From positions 64,001 to 128,000 of the forward strand of contig OZ241863.1 in the NCBI GenBank assembly GCA_965203055.1: a DNA stretch of 64,000 bases, read 5' to 3'. The notes below the pieces were generated by a model. It saw only the letters and a list, made by a program, of their open reading frames with translations, was not told the origin of the DNA and made no database searches. This DNA is from Spirochaetia bacterium. Lineage in GTDB: Bacteria > Spirochaetota > Spirochaetia > SZUA-6 > Bin103. The position numbers and the translations under genes are program-made. Positions 30,177 through 37,901 of this stretch are shown here, one piece after another; position 1 is the first letter of the stretch; every line of letters starts with the position of its first letter.

Positions 30177-31108
30177 TCCGGTCGGTTCGCATCCGCGGCT
30201 TCAAGCGGTTCGGCGAGGTCGAGTTCCGGCTGCCGGGGCACGTCGTGCTGGCCGGGCCCAACGACACCGGCAAGACCACGCTGCTGCAGGCGGTCGCGGC
30301 ATGGGCGCTCGCCCTGCGGCGCTGGCGGGAGCTCAACGACTTCAATCGCCGCAACGGCTACCGGCGGGCGCCGCTTGCCCGCCAGGCGTTCGCGGCGGTG
30401 CCGGTGCGCAACTTCGACCTGCTGTGGACCGACTGCCGCTACCGCGGGCAGATCGAGATCGAGCTGCGTCACGACGCCGGCTGGGCGGTGACGATGGAGT
30501 TGATCCCCGACAGCAGCGAACAGATCTACGTGCGACCGGCGAGTTCCTCGTCCGGCGACCTGCGCCGGATCGATCCGCAGGTGGTGTTCGTGCCGCCGAT
30601 GACCGGCCTCGGCACCGACGAACCGGTGCTGCAAGCCCCCAAGATCGAACAGCTTCTCGGCATCGGGCGGCCGGGTGAGGTGCTCCGCAACCTGCTGGCC
30701 GAGGCGAACCGCGACGCGGCGGCATGGGACGCGCTGCAGGCAACGATCGGCAAGCTGTTCGGCTATCGGCTGCTGCCGCCCGACGCCAGCGGCGCGCACA
30801 TCCGCGCGGAATACACCGTGACCGATCAGGGGCCGCCGTTCGACGTGGCCAGCGCCGGCAGCGGATTCCAACAGGTCCTGATGCTGCTGGCGTTTCTCAC
30901 CACCCGTCGCCGCGCCGTCCTGCTGCTGGACGAACCCGACGCCCATCTGCACGTGATCCTGCAAGACGCGATCTACCATGAGTTGCGCAGCGCCGCCGCC
31001 CGCCGCGGCTCGCAGCTCATCGTGGCCACCCATTCGGAAGTGGTCATCAACGCCGTCGAGCCGCGCGAACTCATTCGAGTCGACGCCCCTGGCACTAAGT
31101 ATCACTAA
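30173..31108 (+). CDS. ABC-type (AAA_15/AAA_21-like) ATPase, probably C-terminally truncated
   Basis: GFKRF, GPNDTGKTT, AGSGFQQ, LLDEPDAHLH and ATHSE. Ends just after the H-loop where base composition shifts. Confidence 0.75.
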   Translation: MIRSVRIRGFKRFGEVEFRLPGHVVLAGPNDTGKTTLLQAVAAWALALRRWRELNDFNRRNGYRRAPLARQAFAAVPVRNFDLLWTDCRYRGQIEIELRHDAGWAVTMELIPDSSEQIYVRPASSSSGDLRRIDPQVVFVPPMTGLGTDEPVLQAPKIEQLLGIGRPGEVLRNLLAEANRDAAAWDALQATIGKLFGYRLLPPDASGAHIRAEYTVTDQGPPFDVASAGSGFQQVLMLLAFLTTRRRAVLLLDEPDAHLHVILQDAIYHELRSAAARRGSQLIVATHSEVVINAVEPRELIRVDAPGTKYH

Positions 31109-31159
31109 GATTGTCGGGTATGTAAGTTTGGTCACCCATTATGGGATACATAGAAGCCG

Positions 31160-32044
31160 ATGGACTCACCGAAGACACCGATTGACTTGTTCGGGCGCCC
31201 GGCGTACGTCCGGCCAAACGGGTCGCTGCTCAAGTGGATCGGCAACAAGTATAAGGTCGCAGAGGAGATTACCTCCTATTTCCCGGCCGAGATGCGGGCC
31301 TTCTACGACGTGTTTGTCGGCGGCGGTTCAATCCTGGCCACGGTAGCGCCGGCTCGCGGCGTGGGGTCGGACTCATTCGCGCCCTTGATCGAAATATGGA
31401 GCATGATTCGGTCCGATCCCGCTGTGGTCAAAGGGTGGTACGAGCAGCGCTGGCGGTATGCCATGTCGGGGGACCGCCGGGAGCGGTATGAAGAGATCAA
31501 GGCTTCATACAACGCCCGGTCGAATGGAGCCGACTTCCTGTATCTCACCCGCGCTTGCTACGGCGGCGTCATCAGGTTCAGGAAGCATGACGGTTATATG
31601 TCCACGCCGGTGGGCATTCATCGGCCCATCGAGCCCCGCAACTTCGCCAAGCGGGTGGACGAATGGCACGTGAGAGTACAAGGCACCGAGTTTATTCGTG
31701 CCGATTATGCCGACGTAATGGAACGCTGTGAGGCCGGAGATATGGTCTATTGCGACCCTCCGTATACCCACAGTCAAGCTATTTTGTATGGCGCCCAGGA
31801 CTTCAGCATCGTTCAGTTGTTCGAGTCGATCGAACGCTGCAAGACGCGAGGTGTTCGCGTCGCCCTGAGCATCGATGGTACCAAGAAGTCCGGGAGTGAG
31901 AACTGCCATGTTCCCATACCGGAAGGGTTGTTCGAGCGGCAGATCCTGGTCAAGACCGGGAGATCGATGCTGCGGCGCTTTCAGATGGATGGCCAGACCC
32001 TGGAGTCGGAGGTCGTGGCGGATCGCCTATTGCTGACGTACTAA
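31160..32044 (+). CDS. Dam/D12-class DNA adenine methyltransferase (orphan)
   Basis: LLKWIGNK, motif I DVFVGGGS and motif IV VYCDPPY in alpha-class order. Confidence 0.9.
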   Translation: MDSPKTPIDLFGRPAYVRPNGSLLKWIGNKYKVAEEITSYFPAEMRAFYDVFVGGGSILATVAPARGVGSDSFAPLIEIWSMIRSDPAVVKGWYEQRWRYAMSGDRRERYEEIKASYNARSNGADFLYLTRACYGGVIRFRKHDGYMSTPVGIHRPIEPRNFAKRVDEWHVRVQGTEFIRADYADVMERCEAGDMVYCDPPYTHSQAILYGAQDFSIVQLFESIERCKTRGVRVALSIDGTKKSGSENCHVPIPEGLFERQILVKTGRSMLRRFQMDGQTLESEVVADRLLLTY

Positions 32045-32062
32045 GCTCCTGATGGCGATCAG

Positions 32063-34357
32063 TCAGATGGAGGAAGCTTCAAGGGCATCCCAAAATCGCC
32101 GTATCTGTGGCGGCACGTCGCTTGCTTTGTTTGCTCCTGACATGATCTTTTCCGGCGGAAACTGTCTGCGCAAGAACTCCTTGGCTGGCCCTGAAGCTGA
32201 TTTTCGATCGATCGTCACTATACCGTGCTCAAGGAGAAGCCTGCGTAACCTGCGCCAGCGCCAGGAATCATGAAACAGACGACCCCCATCATCAACGTCG
32301 TAGATCGGATTCGCTCGCTCGTATGCGCGCATCAGCCATTCGAGCAATTCCATTGATCGATCCGACACGTTCCGCCTATCTTGATCTGAATCAGTATCTA
32401 CCGATGTTCCACAATCGGACAGCACACGCATGATCTTATCGGGAATACGTATTGTCTCCTTTCCCTTATCGATCAGACTCTGAACTCCAGCGACATCACG
32501 TGGAACCCGGAGTCCATTCAGTTCCAGCCGGGTGCTCCCGACCTCCACCATTGGCTCCTCGAGCAAGATGTTGTGTGCGTAACACTCTACAAACTTCGTG
32601 GCTCCCAAATTCGTCCGTCGTACTGTAACGCCGTCCAGCGTACAATTTCGCAAAGTGACGCCGGAAAGATCACCGCCGGGAAAGATTACGTTACTTATCT
32701 TGAGCCCTGCTATGTCAGCCTCGTTGTTCGACCCGAATGCCTTCAACAAGGCCAAGACGATCAGTCCGGCATTTTCCCGAACCTGAGACGCTCGTCGCCA
32801 TTCGTCACGTCCCGCCATCGCCAGACGGTTCAGCATTACTTGAAGATCATCAAGAGTTGACAAGGTGTCGTTTGTCATCACCTCTGCTGCAAATCGTTCA
32901 GCGACCAACTCGGGCAACGCAGCGCGACTCAGGATCGCACGCAGGTCTGAATTCGAACCGTACTGCTCGGCAATAACACGGGCAAGGAAGTAGAAGAAAT
33001 AGACCTCATGCTCGAACCCGATCGTCTCATGCTTCTCACTGTGGGTGAGAAATGCAAGTGTCGGCATCCGTTCAATGATGATCTGTCTCTCAGACTCGTC
33101 AATTTCATCGTGAAGAAAAAACTCTGCGACTTCCCTTACGGATACACCATCGAGCTCGCGGGTCTCCTGGTTCCACATCTCTTCGGCAAGTTCTCGTACG
33201 ATCATTTCAAGCTGATCTTCGGACAACAGCGGTCGCTGTTGGCGATCGAGGATCTTCTCCGCCTGTTCCCGCTTCAGGAAGCTATGGATCAAGGTGTCAA
33301 GCAAGTTGCCATCTTCAGAAAATTCGCTACCCGTTAGTACCAAATCGACAGTCTTGGCAAAGAACAGCGGCTTATCCATGAGATGACTATCTTGTTGGAA
33401 CGCCGCGCGGACTTTTTTTCGTAACTCATTCTTCCTTTCCGTCGGCAGCGAGTATTGACGCGCGATCTCATTCAGGTAGTCTGACCGGTGGGCGTCGTCC
33501 CACGGCGCTATCTCCACGGGTATGTGCGACCATCGCTGTTTCCCCGTCGCAGCGGCTCGGTCGGCGCGCCGGAGGAACTCTTCCTCGTAATAAGTTGATC
33601 TAGCTGAGGTAATTATTCTACCGTAGCCATCCAGTTGTTCCAGAAAAGTCGCCAGAGTACTGAAGGCGTCATCATACCCACTGACCCCTAGAAGCTCGTC
33701 GAATCCGTCTATCACGGGCACCAACAGTCCTACGCGGACCAGGGTTGCAACGGAATGGTAAGTCAGGTTGACCCTCAGATCCTGCAGTTCCGTAGCAAGC
33801 GCTTCGTGCAGCCGCGCCAGGGCGCGGCCTTGCGCATTCACATATAGCAGCAACTTTCCCGTACTGCCGCGCAGGTACCGGTCGGCCTGTTGCCAGACCA
33901 GCTCCTGTAGCACCCGCGTCTTGCCGGCGCCGGCGCCGCCGGTGGCCATGATGACCTCGGTCACATCAGGCTCGTCATCTTCCATGAGTTCAGTGAGCAA
34001 CTCCGTGGCGGGTTGGGGTCCTTTCAGCACCCCGCCCCCATCCGGGCAGCGAGCTCCGGTAGGAACGAATATTTTGTCTTGTCTGGACCGATAGATCATG
34101 CGAGCGACATGCTTCAGATCTGCCATCCGTGTATCCGCAAGAAAAACGGTATACGGCAGGGTCGTACCGTTGGCGCTTGCGGTAACCTCGTGGTCTCGCG
34201 AAACCGTAAAATTAGCTTCCCGAGGTTCGCCGCGCATTTGCCACTCGGCCTGGAGTCTCCTCCCCGTTGCAGAGATCACGTGGATACCACCCGGGTCTGC
34301 AAATGACGTCAGGTCGCTTTCGATGCGCTCGAGGTCTGCGTCGTATGTCTCGCGCAC
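32063..34357 (-). CDS. NACHT/STAND-like P-loop NTPase with pentapeptide-like repeats
   Basis: Walker A GGAGAGKT, Walker B VIDGFDEL, ITSAR sensor, KPLF and F-x-HE motifs. Repeat-like VIFPGGDLSGVTLRNCTLDGVTVRRTNL. GTG start with GGGGAG 8 nt upstream. Confidence 0.8.
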   Translation of the reverse strand: MRETYDADLERIESDLTSFADPGGIHVISATGRRLQAEWQMRGEPREANFTVSRDHEVTASANGTTLPYTVFLADTRMADLKHVARMIYRSRQDKIFVPTGARCPDGGGVLKGPQPATELLTELMEDDEPDVTEVIMATGGAGAGKTRVLQELVWQQADRYLRGSTGKLLLYVNAQGRALARLHEALATELQDLRVNLTYHSVATLVRVGLLVPVIDGFDELLGVSGYDDAFSTLATFLEQLDGYGRIITSARSTYYEEEFLRRADRAAATGKQRWSHIPVEIAPWDDAHRSDYLNEIARQYSLPTERKNELRKKVRAAFQQDSHLMDKPLFFAKTVDLVLTGSEFSEDGNLLDTLIHSFLKREQAEKILDRQQRPLLSEDQLEMIVRELAEEMWNQETRELDGVSVREVAEFFLHDEIDESERQIIIERMPTLAFLTHSEKHETIGFEHEVYFFYFLARVIAEQYGSNSDLRAILSRAALPELVAERFAAEVMTNDTLSTLDDLQVMLNRLAMAGRDEWRRASQVRENAGLIVLALLKAFGSNNEADIAGLKISNVIFPGGDLSGVTLRNCTLDGVTVRRTNLGATKFVECYAHNILLEEPMVEVGSTRLELNGLRVPRDVAGVQSLIDKGKETIRIPDKIMRVLSDCGTSVDTDSDQDRRNVSDRSMELLEWLMRAYERANPIYDVDDGGRLFHDSWRWRRLRRLLLEHGIVTIDRKSASGPAKEFLRRQFPPEKIMSGANKASDVPPQIRRFWDALEASSI

Positions 34358-34361
34358 TTGA

Positions 34362-34961
34362 TCAGCTCCCCAGTTGATGGACGGTAAGCCCCTCGCTGAC
34401 CAGCGCAGCGTCATTCATCGCTGAACCGACCTCTCTGGTACGCATCCATACGACCGCATCGGGGTGGCCTGCGTGCGCTGAGAGCGCGCCCGGGAGAAGA
34501 TCGTCATCGTCTGTCACAATGCCAACACAGGTCCGCGCCTGCGCCGCGGCATATAGCGCATCGCAGGCCAGCATGCCGTCTACCATTTTCTGTACGTAGC
34601 GGCGGTCGGTGCCGCTCCCGGTGGGAGGCCGCATCCGGCGCCGCACCGTGCCTCGCGGGTGAAACATCGGGAATTGGATCATCGAGGTGGCAAGCGCCGG
34701 ACGGACGATCAGGCCATTGCGCCGGCCGCGCAGCACCGGCAGCAACTCATGCAGCCATGACGCATGGCGGCTCGGCCATCCCTGCTCAGTGATCCATCCT
34801 CCGTACAGCCGGAGATCGAGCTCGCGCGCGTCCGGGAACAGGGTTGCGAACGCGCGAGACACCTGCTCCACGATGGTCAGAGTAACGAGTTCCAGATCAG
34901 CTTTCGAGTTCTGGTCACGGCGGCGAAAATTGTACCAGTCGACAAGAGCCAGCCCTTGCAT
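34362..34961 (-). CDS. NYN/PIN-fold putative ribonuclease
   Basis: LVDWYN, QKMVD-x-x-L-x-x-D and IVTDDDDLLP match the acidic-residue pattern of NYN/LabA-DUF88 PIN-like domains. Confidence 0.75.
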   Translation of the reverse strand: MQGLALVDWYNFRRRDQNSKADLELVTLTIVEQVSRAFATLFPDARELDLRLYGGWITEQGWPSRHASWLHELLPVLRGRRNGLIVRPALATSMIQFPMFHPRGTVRRRMRPPTGSGTDRRYVQKMVDGMLACDALYAAAQARTCVGIVTDDDDLLPGALSAHAGHPDAVVWMRTREVGSAMNDAALVSEGLTVHQLGS

Positions 34962-35105
34962 GAGTTACTACCCAACCCAATATACGACCTGGAGCGGGGG
35001 GTCAGCTTTGGGAAGCGGCCGGCCCGCCCGGTAGTGGTACGCGACGGGCCGGCTGCCGGTAATGGTGACGGAGGCGCTCCGGTTGCCGTTAGCCCACCCG
35101 CCTGA

Positions 35106-35189
35106 TGCCCGGAAGAGGACTCGAACCTCCACAGCCGTACGGCCACCAGACCCTGAACCTGGCGTGTCTACCAATTTCACCATCCGGGC
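35106..35189 (-). tRNA. tRNA-Leu(CAG)
   Basis: GCCCGGA acceptor stem, TGGTAGAC D-loop, CCAGG-TT-CAG-GG-TCTGG anticodon arm, long variable arm and GGTTCGAGTCC. CCA not encoded. Confidence 0.96.
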
Positions 35190-35203
35190 AGGATGACGGT
35201 AAC

Positions 35204-35232
35204 AACCTACCCCTGCCCGGCACTCCTGTCAA
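35204..35232 (-). promoter_or_regulatory. Sigma70-like promoter of tRNA-Leu
   Basis: Minus strand TTGACA, 17-bp spacer, TAGGTT, 14 nt upstream of the tRNA 5' end. Confidence 0.65.
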
Positions 35233-35283
35233 GACCTTGAGACGAGACGAGACGAGATCTGCGCCGCGCGGCGGGAGCGCCGG

Positions 35284-36951
35284 TCAGGCGGGGGCGGCGG
35301 CCCCCTGGCCGACGGTATCGGTCGGGCCGGTGAAGCCGGGACCGCCGGCCGCCACGTAGCCGCGGCTGGCGCCGGAGCGGTCCGGGCTCACCCAGAAGGA
35401 GTACAGCGCCGCGTCGCGCAGGTGGAAGCGCAGCCGCACCGGCCGGCCCGCGAGTTCCGCCAGGCCGCCGGCATTGCCCCAGGTGACCGCCTGCCGGGTG
35501 GCATCGCCGGTCACCGGCGCGCAGCGCTCGCGTGAGCAATGGCCGAGCGGGTTGCCGGCGGCGTCCAGCGCCTCCACCCGCAGCTCGCCGCCCGCCGCGG
35601 CGGCGTTGACGAACAGGTGGCGGCCGCTGAAGCGCAGCGGGCGGGTGGTCAACGTGCCGCCGTCGGCGCCGGCCGCATGGGACACGAAGCCGTCGCGGCG
35701 CAGGGTCGCCAGGCCGGTGCTGCCGCCGGCGTACATGTGCGCGCCGAGCTTCGGCGAGACGCCGGAGAAGGCGCCGAAGTAGAGGTAGAGCCGGTCGCCG
35801 ACGATCAGACAGCACCCGCCGCAGGAGTGGATGTAGTCGCGGTTCCAGTCGCCCGGCTGGTGGGTGCCGGCCACGATCGGCAGGCGGTCGCGGCGGTCGA
35901 AGTGGAACCCGTCCCGGCTGTAGCCCACCAGCAGCTCGGTGATCTTGGGAAACCCGCCGGCCTCGCAGATCTCGTTGGGCGGCCCGCGGTGGATCATGAA
36001 GAAACCCAGCATGAGACTCTCGTAGCCCACGGCATCGATGTTGTAGAGCTGGGTCGGGTAACCGTGTTCCGGGGCCGGCGGGTCCAGATCGTCGGCGCCG
36101 GCCCAGTGGGCGACTTGCTCCGGTTCCCAGGCGGCGCCGGCGAACAGGTCCGGGTGCTCGTGGTAGCCGCGCAGGCGCCCGACCGCCGGAGCGCTGGTGC
36201 GGATGCTGTATACCCAGCGCTTGCGGAACGGGTTGTAGAAGATGGTGGTATTGTCGCCGCCGCGGCCGGTGGCGGCGCGTTCGCGCCAGTGGATGCCGTC
36301 CGCCGAGGAATAGACGTGGCCGCCCACCCACTCGTTGGCGGTGCCGGGGCCGCCCAGCTCGCCGTAGCGGAAGCCGGCGCCGCGCCGGCGGTGGTAGGCG
36401 AACATCTTGAAGCGTTCCGCGGCGCGCGCGGCCTCCTGATCGAGCCATACTCCGACGCCGTCCCGCTGATAGCTGGGCCGTAGCGGCAGCACCCGGTTGG
36501 TACCCGGCTCCACGTCCAACTCCGGGCGCTCCCAATGCACGCCGTCGCGGCTGGTGGCCAACGCCACTCCGTCGAACCAGCCGGCGTGGTACCACAGCTT
36601 GAACAGCCCGTCCGCCGGATCGTAGAAGGCGCCGTCCTTGAATGGGCAGGCCGTGGGACACAGCCCGAAGTTCATTTCCAACGGGGTCTCCGGCACCAGC
36701 ACCGGGCTTGCCTCGTGCAGCACCGGGGTATGGAACTCGCGCCGCAGGGAACTCTCGGCGATCAGAAACTCATCCACCAGGAGTTGCCGCCCCACGTCGA
36801 TGGGGATCACCGCCGGCGGCCGCTCCAGGTAGGGGACCGGCCCCGGCTCCCGCGCCTCGCGCGCCAGCCCGCGCGGCGGCCACTCCGCAGGTTGCTCGAT
36901 CCCGTTGTAGCTCACCGCGCCTGTTTCTCCCGTGCCTTCGCCGTTGCCCAT
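35284..36951 (-). CDS. Beta-propeller glycoside hydrolase-like protein (GH32/GH43 clan-like)
   Basis: IDVGRQLLVD, FKLWY, Asp-box repeats SRDGVHW / SADGIHW / SRDGFHF, and LRRDGF. Confidence 0.7.
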   Translation of the reverse strand: MGNGEGTGETGAVSYNGIEQPAEWPPRGLAREAREPGPVPYLERPPAVIPIDVGRQLLVDEFLIAESSLRREFHTPVLHEASPVLVPETPLEMNFGLCPTACPFKDGAFYDPADGLFKLWYHAGWFDGVALATSRDGVHWERPELDVEPGTNRVLPLRPSYQRDGVGVWLDQEAARAAERFKMFAYHRRRGAGFRYGELGGPGTANEWVGGHVYSSADGIHWRERAATGRGGDNTTIFYNPFRKRWVYSIRTSAPAVGRLRGYHEHPDLFAGAAWEPEQVAHWAGADDLDPPAPEHGYPTQLYNIDAVGYESLMLGFFMIHRGPPNEICEAGGFPKITELLVGYSRDGFHFDRRDRLPIVAGTHQPGDWNRDYIHSCGGCCLIVGDRLYLYFGAFSGVSPKLGAHMYAGGSTGLATLRRDGFVSHAAGADGGTLTTRPLRFSGRHLFVNAAAAGGELRVEALDAAGNPLGHCSRERCAPVTGDATRQAVTWGNAGGLAELAGRPVRLRFHLRDAALYSFWVSPDRSGASRGYVAAGGPGFTGPTDTVGQGAAAPA

Positions 36952-37298
36952 ATCCGCTTCGCTTCCTCCTCGGTGACTTCGGTGCCGTCGAACACGAACG
37001 GCTTGCGCCGCTGCATCTTGGCCACCACCTGATCCAGCACTTCATGCGCCGCGAAGTAGCCGCTACGTTCCGCCAACAGCGCGCAGACTACGACGTCCCA
37101 CAGCAGATCGCCAAGTTCCTCGCGGAGATTCTCGTGGTCGCGGTTGGCGACCGCGAGCAGTACCTCGTCGGCTTCGGCGCGCAGCTCCGCCGCGTACTGC
37201 TCCACGGTGCGCGTCGTGGTCCACGGGCAGCGGGCCAGCACCTTGCGCGCCGCGGCCGCCAGTTCCACAAAGCTCTCCGTCACGAGTCGTTCGCTCAT
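36912..37298 (-). CDS. MazG-like nucleotide pyrophosphohydrolase (single domain)
   Basis: CPW, E-x-x-E, REELGDLL, K-x-x-RR-x-P-x-VF and W-x-x-x-K. Confidence 0.88.
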   Translation of the reverse strand: MSERLVTESFVELAAAARKVLARCPWTTTRTVEQYAAELRAEADEVLLAVANRDHENLREELGDLLWDVVVCALLAERSGYFAAHEVLDQVVAKMQRRKPFVFDGTEVTEEEAKRIWATAKAREKQAR

Positions 37299-37428
37299 CT
37301 GGAATCTCATCATCATTATATGCTGCGGCTGCCGGCTCCGCATCGGAGCCGCTGCCCGCCGCCGGCGGTGAATGAATGGACCCGGTCGATTCGGCCGTGG
37401 TATGACCCACGGCGTGGAGCAGCTCCCA

Positions 37429-37893
37429 ATGATCTCCCTGCGCGTCAACGGCGCGGCGCGCCGCGTGCCGGCGCCGCCCGACACCCCGTTGCTGCTGGTG
37501 CTGCGCAACGACCTGCAGCTCGGCAGCCCCAAGTACGGCTGCGGCGCGGAGCAGTGCGGGGCCTGCATGGTGCTGATCGACGGCAACGCGGCGCCCACCT
37601 GCCGGCTGCCGGTGAGCGCCGCCGCGGGGCGCGAGATCGTCACCGTCGAAGGGCTGGCGCCGGGCAGCGCCCTGCACCCGGTTCAGCAGGCGTTCATCGA
37701 CGGCAACGCAGTGCAGTGCGGCTACTGCGCGAGCGGCGTAATGATTGCGGGCGCGGCGCTGCTGGCGCGCAACCCGACGCCCACGCGGGCCGAGATCCAG
37801 GCGGCCCTGGACCGCAACATCTGCCGGTGCGGGGCGCACAACCGCATGATCGCCGCGCTCCGGCGGGCCGCGGCCGCCGCGGCCGCGGACTGA
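37429..37893 (+). CDS. (2Fe-2S)-binding small subunit of a molybdenum hydroxylase
   Basis: KYGCGAEQCGAC, QCGYC and NICRCG. Confidence 0.92.
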   Translation: MISLRVNGAARRVPAPPDTPLLLVLRNDLQLGSPKYGCGAEQCGACMVLIDGNAAPTCRLPVSAAAGREIVTVEGLAPGSALHPVQQAFIDGNAVQCGYCASGVMIAGAALLARNPTPTRAEIQAALDRNICRCGAHNRMIAALRRAAAAAAAD

Positions 37894-37901
37894 CCCGGCG
37901 C

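Larger units (their letters stand above)
31074..35105. mobile_element. Lower-GC accessory island adjacent to the tRNA-Leu 3' end (no integrase)
   Basis: Visible rise in A/T content and altered codon usage, strongest at about 32.1-34.3 kb. Defence-type cargo; abuts the tRNA 3' end. Confidence 0.6.

Noticed and set aside
35015..35056. GC-rich inverted repeat downstream of tRNA-Leu as an intrinsic terminator
   Set aside because: The arms are imperfect, the loop is long and there is no clear U-tract, so support is insufficient.
34968..35183. Short ORFs overlapping tRNA-Leu (MVKLVDTPGSGSGG…)
   Set aside because: These are translations of the tRNA sequence itself.
30000..35300. Integrase, transposase or exact att duplication for the tRNA-Leu island
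   Set aside because: No recombinase or transposase motifs, and no exact copy of the tRNA 3' end found by eye.
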